This document shows, piece after piece, positions 33,267 through 43,700 of a stretch of DNA of 64,000 bases. The stretch's first letter is position 1. Every line of letters starts with the position of its first letter. A program made the translations under genes and the position numbers. A model generated the notes under the pieces. That model was given only the letters and a program-made list of their open reading frames with translations. It made no database searches and was not told the origin of the DNA. Location of the stretch: contig JAZODL010000199.1 of assembly GCA_045596945.1 (NCBI GenBank), forward strand, positions 1,143-65,142, read 5' to 3'. This DNA comes from Candidatus Methanomethylophilaceae archaeon. Its GTDB lineage: Archaea > Thermoplasmatota > Thermoplasmata > Methanomassiliicoccales > Methanomethylophilaceae.

Positions 33267-36143
33267 ATGGCAACCACTGTCAAACGCATATTCAACCTAT
33301 CCACGAGGACGTTGAAGGCCCCTTCTGGCAAGTGCTATGTCGGTCAGGTCTACGACCACATCAGCACGACGCTCGAGTTCACATACGACCCCATAAACGC
33401 CCTCTCGGACGGCTACGTCCCCTACATCGTGTTCAATCTCTACGACGATGCGGGCAACCTGTTCGTCTACGGACCCGGCTCGGCCCCCGTCTTCGACGGG
33501 TACACCTTCGAGATACCCACTGCGGTCACCTCCCGTATCAGGGGGGCCCGTCTGGATTACCAGGTCTGGCTCATCAGGAACAGATTGGAGTGGGACGGGC
33601 GCATAGAGACCCTCGGCGACACCGAGTACCTGTTCTCAGCCATGGACTCCCTCGCGTTCAAGGACGGACTCAGGTGCAGGCAGCCCTCCCGCAACCCCTG
33701 CGCCCCTCCCCAGCCCTGTCTGGAGCCCGGCACCCTCGGATGGGTCAACTACCTCCGCGACCACTGCGTCCTAACCCCCGTGCAGGAGTTCTACGGGGCC
33801 CTCTCGGACGGAGTCAGGGGGGTGTCCCTCCTCTTCCCCACGTACAACGAGTCCAAGGACTGCGTCGTGGAGCTCAGGGTACCCTATCTGGATTCATCGG
33901 GCAGGGTGGACATCAACACCCATCTGCCGATGATCTCCACGTGGGAGGAGGCGGCCGACACGAACCTCGTGGACGCCCTGATGCTCAGGGAGGCCCTGGA
34001 ATCCAAGTTGGACGACACCCAGGTCATCCACAGTTGGGACGATCTCGACCCCTACAGACCCGATTCTGAGACCCAGATAACCTCCGCGATCCTCTCCAAG
34101 CTGACATTCGACACCAAGACGGACAAGACCATGTCCGTGGCCCTCTACGACCCCGTGGCGGTCTACAACAGGGGCTCCGTAGTCGTCTGGACCGACGGTC
34201 CGTACGCCCCCGACATGTACATCTGCATGGCGGACGGAGTGACCGGCACCGCCCCCGACGACACCTCCGTCTGGTCCTGCGTCTCGGAGCAGAACATGAT
34301 CCTGGACGGGTGGGACTCCGCTCCCTGGGAGAGGTACGGGGACAACCCCGCCATCACCGTGTCCGCAGGCACCATCAGACGCAACCCCGTGCCGTTCTGG
34401 GCACCTGAGATCGAGTACCCCAAGGGGGCCGTCGTCGTGGAGAGGGACACCAACACGCTGTTCATCTCCATGGACTCCCGCAACAGGGGGAACAGCCCCT
34501 ACAGGCAGGATGAGCCCTCCGCACGCATCGTCAACCAGGAGTGGTGGACCCCCGTGAGGGGGGCGGGCGGTACCGATGAGCAGGACTTCACCACCAGGCA
34601 CGACCACCTCAACATCACCACGTACAGGTTCGATCTCGGATGCTGGGTCATCAGCCACACGTTCAACACGTACAACGTGTTCGTGCAGGTCAGACGCAAC
34701 GTCACCGGGGACTCGGAGACGGGGGCCGTCACCGACCGCACCCTCGTGGACGCCCGCATCGAGCCCATCGGACTGAACGAGGTCGCCATCAGACTCGATT
34801 CCCAGTTCCACGACCCGGAGCACGAGGGGTTCACCACCGTACCGCTCATCGCGTACGTGTCCCCCGGAGGAGGTCGCGATGCGGGGAAGACGGGCGTGGA
34901 GGGCTTCCAGCTCACCAGGGAGAAGGGCGAGCCCAACGGGTACGCGGGACTGGACCCGACCGGGAGGGTGCCCGCGGCCCAGCTCCCCATGATGACCTCA
35001 TGGGGTCAGGCATCCATGGACAGCATAGCCCCCGCGGTCATGGTGAGGACGGCCGTGGACCACAACACCAGGCTCATCTCGGAGCGCACGGAGAAGGTGG
35101 ATTTCGGACGCTGGAGCGCAGACTCCAGGTACGCAGAGGGCTCCGTGGTGACCCATGCGGGACGCATGTACATCGCGACCAGGTACAACACGGCCGTGGA
35201 CCCCTCCGGCTCCGCGGACGGGACGTGGACGCCCATCGCCACCGCATCCCCCGAGGAAAGCGTGTCCAGGTACGTCCTGAACACCTCCGTCGACGGTACG
35301 GAGCTCGTCGTGGAGCACAACCTGGGCACCAGGAACCTCGTGTTCTCGGTCAGGGCCCTGGCGGACGACAGGTTCCTCAGGGACTACGATGTGTACGCCC
35401 CCTCCGACGACACCGCCAGGTTCGTGTTCCCCTCCGCACCTGGTATGGTGGCGGTCAGCCTGCTCTCCTGTCCCGCTCCCCCCATGGGCTCCGTGGAGGA
35501 GATCGTCTACAAGGGGGTGAATCCCTGGGTGTACGAGAACACCACGGGTGCGCCCGTGTTCGTGCAGTCCATCATGGCGTCAGGGGATCTTGGGTTCGCC
35601 GTGGTCGACCAGGACCCTGCATCCGGGTACGACCCCGTGACGGTCAGGGTAATGTCCTCGGCCCCCGACGGCACCCTCGTGGCCGGCAGGGCGGACTACG
35701 TCAGGAGGTTCACCAGGGACGACCTGGAGGTGGAGCCCTCCACGGGCGAGTACGTCCTGCACATCACCAAGACGGACATCGCCTCCGACCTCGCATGGTA
35801 CGCGGTGCAGGTGTATCTGGACGGCAGCGGACAGGCCCTCGCCAACGTGAAGCAGAACGGCTCCGAGGTGACGGTCGGCATATCCTCGAAGACCATCGAG
35901 AACACCCCCGACATCGCGGGAGCGGTCATCCTGAAGAGGGCGACCCAGGCGGTGACGTTCGAGATGGGACAGATAGAGGACGGCACCCTCACCCTGGACA
36001 TCCCCGAGGGGAGGACGGTCGCAGGGGTCCAGCTGTTCGTCGGTGCCGAGGGGGACATGATGATGTCCGACATCAAGTGCATCGACGGGAAGGTCACGGC
36101 GAGGTTCTCCGAGCCCGATTACGGTACCGTGGTCCTCGTCTGA
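33267..36143 (+). CDS. tail/baseplate protein with carbohydrate-binding-like repeats
   Basis: W....Y..GS.V repeats (CBM5/12-like), KGEPNGYAGLDPTGRVPAAQLP, VEHNLGT. Confidence 0.6.
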   Translation: MATTVKRIFNLSTRTLKAPSGKCYVGQVYDHISTTLEFTYDPINALSDGYVPYIVFNLYDDAGNLFVYGPGSAPVFDGYTFEIPTAVTSRIRGARLDYQVWLIRNRLEWDGRIETLGDTEYLFSAMDSLAFKDGLRCRQPSRNPCAPPQPCLEPGTLGWVNYLRDHCVLTPVQEFYGALSDGVRGVSLLFPTYNESKDCVVELRVPYLDSSGRVDINTHLPMISTWEEAADTNLVDALMLREALESKLDDTQVIHSWDDLDPYRPDSETQITSAILSKLTFDTKTDKTMSVALYDPVAVYNRGSVVVWTDGPYAPDMYICMADGVTGTAPDDTSVWSCVSEQNMILDGWDSAPWERYGDNPAITVSAGTIRRNPVPFWAPEIEYPKGAVVVERDTNTLFISMDSRNRGNSPYRQDEPSARIVNQEWWTPVRGAGGTDEQDFTTRHDHLNITTYRFDLGCWVISHTFNTYNVFVQVRRNVTGDSETGAVTDRTLVDARIEPIGLNEVAIRLDSQFHDPEHEGFTTVPLIAYVSPGGGRDAGKTGVEGFQLTREKGEPNGYAGLDPTGRVPAAQLPMMTSWGQASMDSIAPAVMVRTAVDHNTRLISERTEKVDFGRWSADSRYAEGSVVTHAGRMYIATRYNTAVDPSGSADGTWTPIATASPEESVSRYVLNTSVDGTELVVEHNLGTRNLVFSVRALADDRFLRDYDVYAPSDDTARFVFPSAPGMVAVSLLSCPAPPMGSVEEIVYKGVNPWVYENTTGAPVFVQSIMASGDLGFAVVDQDPASGYDPVTVRVMSSAPDGTLVAGRADYVRRFTRDDLEVEPSTGEYVLHITKTDIASDLAWYAVQVYLDGSGQALANVKQNGSEVTVGISSKTIENTPDIAGAVILKRATQAVTFEMGQIEDGTLTLDIPEGRTVAGVQLFVGAEGDMMMSDIKCIDGKVTARFSEPDYGTVVLV

Positions 36144-36233
36144 GCCTGTAGGGGGCGAAAGCCCCTTCAAACCCCTTATGAAAAAATAAGCCGGAATCTT
36201 TCGTTAACTCATTCTTGGTAAAGGTTCCTTCCA

Positions 36234-36544
36234 TAAAGGCAATTAACGAGAGCGGTTCGGGAACAACAGTCTCAACCAGTTACAAGTTCAGCTATTTCGC
36301 ATCAGGAGGATCTATAGGAGACATCTGGGCCTACTACTCAGAAGGTAGCGGAACTAGATACAATCTGATAGTAATCAAGACTGCATCGAATGAATTCGCT
36401 TCAACAGGATATTGGAATAAAGCAATACCTTATTCTCTATCAGATAGCACTTTGTATTACAGAGATTTGTATACATCCTCGACTTCTGGACAGGGTAGCA
36501 CGGATATCAGTTCATATTATGGAATTTGGATTCATTTCGGATGA
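36234..36544 (+). CDS. silent tail-fibre C-terminal cassette K3 (site class AAGGCA)
   Basis: TAAAGGCAATTAAC at 36234-36247 reads KAINESGS; AT-rich. Confidence 0.7.
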
Positions 36545-36555
36545 AAAAGGGTAAT

Positions 36556-36575
36556 GAGGGGCCATATGGCCCCTC
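36556..36575. repeat. 20-bp perfect palindrome between convergent cassettes
   Basis: GAGGGGCCATATGGCCCCTC. Confidence 0.9.
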
Positions 36576-36576
36576 C

Positions 36577-37262
36577 TCAACTAAGGGCGATTGAGGAAAT
36601 TGAGGATATGAACAACTTCATGTATCCTTGAGTTGTCGATGAATTATACTTATCCATGTCTATGCTGCAATGGTGCATGTATTTGTAATTGGAATTTGTT
36701 GAAGTGATTTTGATGTCGTCCACGATACCGTTGGACCAAGAGAAGGCTAATTTTATCGTTGTACGTCCACTGTTATTGGTTACATATTTTGATGGATTCG
36801 GGAATGAGAGGTTACAGGTGTATTCTTCAAAATCGCTATGGTATGAGTAATATTCTGTGCAATTGACAACCATTGTGAAACTAATCGTACCAGGATAGTC
36901 GCTGGAAATCACCTGTTCGAGGTAATCCTTCAGAACCGATTTGAAAGGGTCGATGACAGTCCACGTTTTCAGATTGACCATGCTACTGAAATTGTAATAA
37001 ACCAAGAATATGGAGGGAGTTGTACTAGGATTAGTCATGGAGTCGAATGAATATGCAGGATAAGAGGAAATCACTGGTTTGGTGGTAGCAGAACTGTTGT
37101 ATGTTGATTTAGACAGAGTGCCCTTGGATGAGATGCCGCAGGAATATGATGAATATGCTCCAATATAACCATCAGAGGGGGTTGTCACAAGTTTCGCCTC
37201 ATCGGAAATTGTCAGAGTATAGGAGTCGTTGCTGGAATCCAATGCGATATTAATTGCCTTTA
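36577..37262 (-). CDS. silent tail-fibre C-terminal cassette K4 (site class AAGGCA)
   Basis: Minus-strand TAAAGGCAATTAAT at 37249-37262 reads KAINIALDSS in frame. Confidence 0.7.
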
Positions 37263-37284
37263 ACGTTACCCGCTTCGCTCTGTC

Positions 37285-38085
37285 TTTAGTGCGATTAACA
37301 GCAAGATGGACAACATGACCGTGGACAGCGCACCCGCCCCCGGATCCAGCAATCTCGTGACCAGCGGAGGCGTGTATACTGCGATTAACGATAAGTCCGT
37401 GTCAGACGTGGCCATGGCCGTCGACGCAGACAACAACCTAAGCGTGACGGTCAAACAGGCTGATGGAACGAGTAAGAGCGGAAGCGTGGCATTGCCTGGA
37501 GGAGAGATTGAGATTAAGAACTACGGTGAAGTAGGAGCTACCAACAAACTCACGATAACACTTACCAGTTCCGAGAGTGTATCGACAAGTTCGACTAGCA
37601 ATAGAACGTGGTATCTGTTTGAGGCAGAGGACTCCTATTTGTCGGAGGGACTGTATTATGACCCTGATTCAAACACTATCAAGAAATGTGGTCTGAAAAC
37701 CATAAAACAGACTCAATCAGGTACGCTTGCAACAAGCCTATACAATTCAAATGTAAGTAGGTTGTTATCATACTTCCAAAATGCACTGGTCGGAAAGCGT
37801 CTTACAAGTGAGAACTCCAACAATATAACGACCAGTCATACCATATATTATAAGGTTGATTCCAAATCAATCATACTGGAAGTGAGCTGCACCTACGGTT
37901 CCAATGAAAATTATGACAGGATTACGGCTGTAAGCTCGGTCAAGGCGTATTCAACATCATATAATAATACGTTAAGCGGGACCTTAAATCTCACAAGGGT
38001 GTCCAACAGCACAACCAGTATTTACCACCAGTGTGACGAATACAACGAGATACCATCAACCTATGTCAAGATCGCAGACCTTTAA
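37285..38085 (+). CDS. silent cassette S1 (site AGTGCG) containing an internal second-tier site (ACTGCG)
   Basis: TTTAGTGCGATTAAC 37285-37299 (FSAIN); GTGTATACTGCGATTAAC 37372-37389 (VYTAIN). Confidence 0.72.
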   Translation, partial: FSAINSKMDNMTVDSAPAPGSSNLVTSGGVYTAINDKSVSDVAMAVDADNNLSVTVKQADGTSKSGSVALPGGEIEIKNYGEVGATNKLTITLTSSESVSTSSTSNRTWYLFEAEDSYLSEGLYYDPDSNTIKKCGLKTIKQTQSGTLATSLYNSNVSRLLSYFQNALVGKRLTSENSNNITTSHTIYYKVDSKSIILEVSCTYGSNENYDRITAVSSVKAYSTSYNNTLSGTLNLTRVSNSTTSIYHQCDEYNEIPSTYVKIADL

Positions 38086-38250
38086 GGGGTCATCGACCCC
38101 ATCAAACCTCTTACAATACAAAGTTCAGATCAGAACATCGGTACAAATGGAATTATCGTCGATGACTGTGAAATGATATGCCATTATTTCACCGATAGAA
38201 TGGTGGTGAAATGGATATAAAAAGAGTATCCCCCGAAGGGGTAAGGTGTT

Positions 38251-38772
38251 TCACTGTTTCAAGCGGTACATCTTGTATATATAGGTCGGTATATCAGCAG
38301 TTTTGATGACTGATTCTCCTAACGACTTACTATAAGAACCGTTGAACAATTGTAGGAAATAAGCAAATGGATTCCCAGAGTTCATCATGCTAGCCTGTTT
38401 AACTCCGTACTTGCATAAACTTACATAGGCATCGTTTGCAATATAACAGAACGAACCATAACTTGTGGCATCAGATTGCACCTCAAATTCCATAAAGTTG
38501 GTAGCACGTATAGTAGACATCGTTATTCCTGATATTGAACTTGTCCAACTCGATATACTGCTTGAAGGTATACCGATAAGTTTGAACGATACCTTCACCC
38601 TGTCCCCTGTGACCCAGTCAGTCGGGAAGTTCGTCAGGTCAACCTCCTCCCAGACCTCTCCGCCACCAGCATCCTGCCAGCTTCCAGCCCCAGCCCCGTC
38701 ACTTGTCCAGACCTGTCCAGCCTGTCCAGCACTTGTCGGGCTGTACTGCGTGGCTTCGTTAATCGCAGTAAA
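38251..38772 (-). CDS. silent cassette T2 (site class ACTGCG)
   Basis: Minus-strand TTTACTGCGATTAAC at 38758-38772 reads FTAINEATQY...AGQAGQVWTSDGAG (tail-fibre-like). Confidence 0.72.
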   Translation of the reverse strand, partial: FTAINEATQYSPTSAGQAGQVWTSDGAGAGSWQDAGGGEVWEEVDLTNFPTDWVTGDRVKVSFKLIGIPSSSISSWTSSISGITMSTIRATNFMEFEVQSDATSYGSFCYIANDAYVSLCKYGVKQASMMNSGNPFAYFLQLFNGSYSKSLGESVIKTADIPTYIYKMYRLKQ

Positions 38773-38810
38773 TGTCGCGGAATCATGAAAAAAAATAAAG
38801 GGAAGGGGTT

Positions 38811-39248
38811 TCAGAACTCGGGTTCGGCGGGCCAGATGGGGATGTTGTTCGGGTACCCTACGGCATCTCTGGTCGCCCTGACCGCCAGCTTGTACGCGTC
38901 GATGGCCTTGAGGGTCGCCTCGTTGGCCTCCACGTCCACTCCGTTCCTGATGTTCCTCTGTGCGGACTGCTCCGCACCGTCCAGACGCTCGTACCTGATG
39001 GCCCTGAACATGGTCTGGAGCCCGTCGTCCCACCTGTCATCGGGGATGGTGAGTGCAAGGGCCTTCGCCTGGTCGTATTCCGTGGGTGTGAGGAGGACCT
39101 CGGTGTACTCCCACCCTTTAGTGGTGCGGTCGTCATCCTGTTCCTCGAAGGGGGTGATGGATCCCCTGACGTACACGGTCCTCCCGTTGACCTCCACATT
39201 GGAGGGTCTGACATCCTGTGTTCCCCTTACTCTTCCGTTGAATCTCAT
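38811..39248 (-). CDS. putative tail-fibre assembly chaperone
   Basis: C-terminal AYKLAVR...GYPNNIPIWPAEP resembles Tfa-like proteins; coupled to the RT stop. Confidence 0.5.
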   Translation of the reverse strand: MRFNGRVRGTQDVRPSNVEVNGRTVYVRGSITPFEEQDDDRTTKGWEYTEVLLTPTEYDQAKALALTIPDDRWDDGLQTMFRAIRYERLDGAEQSAQRNIRNGVDVEANEATLKAIDAYKLAVRATRDAVGYPNNIPIWPAEPEF

Positions 39249-40297
39249 ATCGTTTCAACTCCTATAGCCATGGCCCTGTCGACCCTCCCGAGGTACTTGT
39301 CCGCGAGTTTCCGATCGGAGCACCAGCTGAGCATGCCCTCGTATGATATCAGGCTTTTAAACATCTTCGGACGGATGACCTCCCTCCTGCGGATGGCCCT
39401 CAGTATGCGGTTGCATGCCCTGATGAAGGAGACCTTGGTACGTTTGCGGATCATGGTCTGCTTGTGGTCGGACACGTATCCCATGAAATCCAGTCTGCGC
39501 TTCACCACCGGGAACACAGCGTAGTTCCCCTTCATCCTCAGACCGATCCCGTGGATGTACTGTCTGATGTACCTGATGTACGCCCGGAGCTTGGCCTTGG
39601 AGTTGCTGAGGAGGGCGATGTCGTCCATGTACCGATAGTAGTACGGCGCATGCAGGGTCTCCTTCACATAATGGTCCAATCCGCTCAGGAAGAACACGCT
39701 CAGGACCTGGCTGGAGAACAGACCTATCGGCAATCCGCGTTTGCCGGGGCACTGGAATATGATGCGGTGTAAGAGGTCCAGTGTACGACGGCATTTGAGT
39801 CGTGAACGGAGCATGTCGAACAGTATGTGCCTGTCCACGGAGTCGAAGAAGTGGTATATGTCCAGCTTGGCGCAGTAGCGGGTGCCACGGGGGTCGCACT
39901 GGAGGTCCATGGCGACCTGTTTGGCCCCCCTGTGGAGACCACGCCCCTTCACACCGGCGAACGAGGTCTCCCCGACCTCCCTGTGGAGGATGGGTCCGAC
40001 AACGTTGAACACTGCGTGCTGGATCACCCTGTCGGGATACGTGCGGGTGTAGCACAGCTTCCTGTCCTTCCCGCGTTCCCTGATGGTACGGTGCCTGAAC
40101 CGACCGTAGTGGAACGATTCGCTCGTCAATATGTCTTTGATGCCCCGGACGTAGGGATCAGGGTCGGCCTTCATTGCCTGTACCGCAGGGTCGCGGTGAT
40201 GGTCCTTGCAGGCCTCCTTTATCGCGAGTCGGATGTTGTCCTCGTCGCATATACAATCATACAGTTTCCTTCCATCGATGTTTCCAACCCTCTTCAT
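39245..40297 (-). CDS. DGR reverse transcriptase
   Basis: MKRVGN...NIRLA, DRVIQHA, KLDIYHFFDSV, GLPIGLFSSQ, YYRYMDD, LDFMGY; adjacent TR. Confidence 0.95.
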   Translation of the reverse strand: MKRVGNIDGRKLYDCICDEDNIRLAIKEACKDHHRDPAVQAMKADPDPYVRGIKDILTSESFHYGRFRHRTIRERGKDRKLCYTRTYPDRVIQHAVFNVVGPILHREVGETSFAGVKGRGLHRGAKQVAMDLQCDPRGTRYCAKLDIYHFFDSVDRHILFDMLRSRLKCRRTLDLLHRIIFQCPGKRGLPIGLFSSQVLSVFFLSGLDHYVKETLHAPYYYRYMDDIALLSNSKAKLRAYIRYIRQYIHGIGLRMKGNYAVFPVVKRRLDFMGYVSDHKQTMIRKRTKVSFIRACNRILRAIRRREVIRPKMFKSLISYEGMLSWCSDRKLADKYLGRVDRAMAIGVETI

Positions 40298-40437
40298 AGG
40301 TATCCTCTCCTATGTTGTTCATCCGCTTTCCATCGGCCCTGAGGCTGTACTGACGGGTGTAGGTGAAGTCGTGTTTTGCCGAGAGGCAGGGTTGTCCCGG
40401 TCCTTCTCCTCCCCAAAGGGGATGGAGCGTGAGGAAA

Positions 40438-40593
40438 TAGGAAAGGCGGGAGCCGATGTTCGAGTTCGAGTTGGTCGAATTGTAGTTGACATTGCAATAG
40501 AACAGTCCAGCATTGTCTGTGTTGTTGTAATTGCCACCAACATTCGGGAAATTCGCATTCGACGAGTTGTAGTTCACATTGCCATTGTCGGCG
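40438..40593 (-). ncRNA. DGR template repeat (TR)
   Basis: 156-bp AAC-rich copy of the target 3' end; core mismatches all at TR adenines. Confidence 0.92.
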
Positions 40594-40705
40594 CGAAGAC
40601 TAGACCCACGGCTCCGACACGGGACAACCATGCATGGTCCATGGAGGAGGGTGTATAAAGGGTTTGGTGCGCCTGCCGGCGCCATGGTTCGCCGGAGAGG
40701 CCCCC

Positions 40706-40718
40706 GGGGCTTCGCCCC
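40706..40718 (-). other. GC hairpin downstream of VR/IMH
   Basis: Minus strand GGGGC-GAA-GCCCC about 30 bp after the target stop codon. Confidence 0.5.
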
Positions 40719-40750
40719 TTATGGGGAAAGGGTTTGCAGGGGCTCCGGGC

Positions 40751-43700
40751 TCACGCCCTTCCGCCCCTGTAGGAGAGGCGGGAGCCGACGTACGAGCTCG
40801 AGTTGGTCGAAGTGTAGAGGACACTGCAACAGAACAGTCCAGCATTGCCTGCGTCGTCGTAAATGCCACCAACACGCGGGAAATACGCAACCGACGAGTA
40901 GTAGCCCACACTGCCATAGTCGGCGAAGTACGTGGTCGCCGAACCTCCGGACTGGCTGGTGGAACAGAACCCTCCCTTGTTGGTTCCCGAGACGGTCTTG
41001 ATGTATCCGCCGGAGTTGGAGCCGGTCAGACCCGTGTCGGTTCCCAAAGACGCCTGCTTCGCATAGTTGCTGGTGGAGTTCCAGGAGCTGTTGTCGAATG
41101 CCCTGGAGTTGGCCTGTCTGGGGAGCCAGTAATACAGCTTCGACGATGAGCCGGCACGGTTCCATGCCCCTCCGATGAACTGGTAGATGTTGCCCCAGAT
41201 GTCGTGTATCCAGAAGAACGCGTTGCGTGCCGAGCTCTTGGAACCGGCCATACCGTATGCGGTGGTGCTCAGTCCTCCGTTTCCGAGACTGGTCCCGTCT
41301 TCATCGGCATATCCATAGGAGTGTGCGACCTGCGTGTTGGTGGATCTGTACAGGAGGACGAACAGTGCCTGGAGGTACGTCCACTGCTGGAAGCTCATAC
41401 AGTCGTAATCCGTTCCACGTGCGTTCGCGGCCACGAAATACTGGTTGTATGCGGTCGACACCAACGCACTTGAGGACACCTTGGAGTATATCCCCGAAGT
41501 CGAACCCGATGCCTGGAAGCAACCGATGTGGAAAGAGTTGGCGAAATACGAGTTATCGTTGGATGCCATGATGGTCGACCTGTTGACGGACGACATGGCG
41601 GACTCTATCTGGTCGTTGGAGTACGAGTCACAACCCTTGGCGTGCGCATAGCACTGGAATGTGGAGTCAGGCTGTTCGTCCTTGTCGGAGAAGATGATAC
41701 GTATCTTGGAACCGTCGTTGGTTATGGAGAGCCACTGGAACGGGAACTCTGTGAACATGTCCGCATTCGAGGAGACGGGGCCCCACGTGCCGGCGTCCGT
41801 ATCCAGATCCGTCCAGCTGGAACCGTTCTTGACGACGGGCTTTATCCCCTCCAGGATCTTGTGGGATCTCTCCGACCAGGAACCCATGCTGAAAGTGGAT
41901 GCTCCCGAAGCGGGCGTGTATCCGGAACAGGAATTCGCCACGGAGGCCCCGTTGACCGTGATGGTCGCAGGGTACGTGCACCTGTCCTCACAGTCGGATG
42001 TGCTGATTGCGATGTCCACCGCTGCGAACCCGTAACCGAACGTGATGGCCATGGTCACGGTGTACTCCTGGTCGTTCGCGATGATCAGGGTCTGCGGGTT
42101 GCATGATCCGCCTGTGGGCACGTTCGTCATGGTGAAGGTCACGCTCCCCGTCGTGGAGAACACATGGGAGGTCCCTCCCGAGGAATCCGATGTCAGAGAA
42201 GCCGACTCCGCCCCTGTGACGGCGATGGTTCTCCCGCTCTGGTACCCGCTGTTGGATGCATCCGTGACGACCACGTTGACGACAGGTTTCCTGACGAGGG
42301 TGAACGTGATGTTGGTCACGAGTCCCGCGGCTGCCGTGGTTATGGTCTGGCTCTCCACCGCATAATAGCCCTCGGGGACATCGCATCCCACAGTGTACTG
42401 GGAGGTGGCGTTGAGCGTCATCGTCACGGAACCTCCCGAGCCGATCGTCGCGGTCGTGTCCGCGGAACCCTCGGCAGGTGTCGCGGTGATGACCCTTCCG
42501 GTGATGTTCCCCGTGGCGGAGGTAACGTTGATGGTGAGGTACGACTTGGCCGTGCTCACCTCGCCCTCGAGGTTCTCGACCTTTCCCTCCAAGGTGGAGA
42601 GGGATTGGTTGATCGTGTTAATCGCACTATACACAGCCTTGTTCTGCACGGGGTTGGTGCTGGTGCTGGAGAGTGCGCTGTCGACGGTGACCGCCGCGGG
42701 GACCTCGCTCCTGAGCGCGTAGTCGCCGGTGGGTTGCTTCCCGTTGAGCTGGGACTGGATGGAGGATGTGACCCCGCTGACGTAGCCGAGCTCTGCCGAG
42801 GTGACGCCCGAGACGGCGACCTTCCCGTTCCCATCGGAGACGAGCGCCCTGCTGGCCGTGAGGTTGTTACCGGTGATGGATGTGGCCGCTCCCGTGATGG
42901 TGGCCTGCTTGCCGTTCACGACGCCCTGGAGGGTGTCGAGCTCGGTTCCCGTGGCATAGTCGCCGGTGGGCTGGTACTTGGTGAGCTCGTCGGCGAGTCC
43001 CGTGGTCGTGACGTATGATGAGTCGTTGGAGAGCTCGCTGACCTTGGTGGGGACGGTTATGTCCACGGCCTTGCTCCCGTCGACGGTCAGCGCGGAGCCG
43101 TTCCTCTTGATGGTCTCGATGACGTTGGTCTGTGCGCCCGCGGCGATTCCCGTGAGCTTGGACTTCTCCGCATCGGTGTAGTTGTTGTCGGAGAGGACCT
43201 TGTCGCCGTCCCTGTCCACCTTGCCGTTCTCCAGGCCATCGATGGCCGCTTTGACGACCTTGTTCTGCACGGGGTTGACGGATGTGGTGGAGAGGGCGGA
43301 GTCGACGGTGATGCTGACCGCGGTGGTGCCGATTTTCTCCCATGCGTTGTTGATCCAGAGGTACTCCGCCTTGATGTCGGAGTCCGCGGTGTTCCCGGCG
43401 GGGACGAGGTACAGGGTGTTCGCCACTCCCGTCGTGGGGAGGGCGTCCGCAATCTCTATGTTGAACTGCCTGAGGGCGTTTATCTGGTTCTGGAGGGAGG
43501 CCTGTGCATTGCCGATGGTGGTGTTGAGCGCGGCGACCTCGTTGGAGAGCTCGCCCTTGGTCGCGGCCGCCGCGACGCCCTCCACCAGGTCGGAGATGTC
43601 CGCCTGGACGGTGTCCATCTCGCCCTCCAGGGTGGTGGCCCGTCCCTCGAGGGAGGTTGCCCTGTTCTGGAGTGCGGCATCGGCGGAGTCGAGCTCGCCC

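Noticed and set aside
38811-39248. Gene next to RT as Avd
   Set aside because: Beta-rich N-terminus and a WPxxP ending fit a tail-fibre assembly chaperone better than a basic four-helix Avd.
39245-40297. RT as group II intron, retron or Abi RT
   Set aside because: No maturase or endonuclease extension, and the adjacent adenine-specific TR/VR pair identifies it as DGR.
40651-40660. GTGTATAAAG as an extra shufflon site
   Set aside because: Matches the left arm only, with no spacer or ATTAAC; better read as a minus-strand TATA box.
40257-40685. 142-aa ORF with Asn-rich sequence
   Set aside because: It is the translated DGR template repeat (AAC-rich), not an independent protein.
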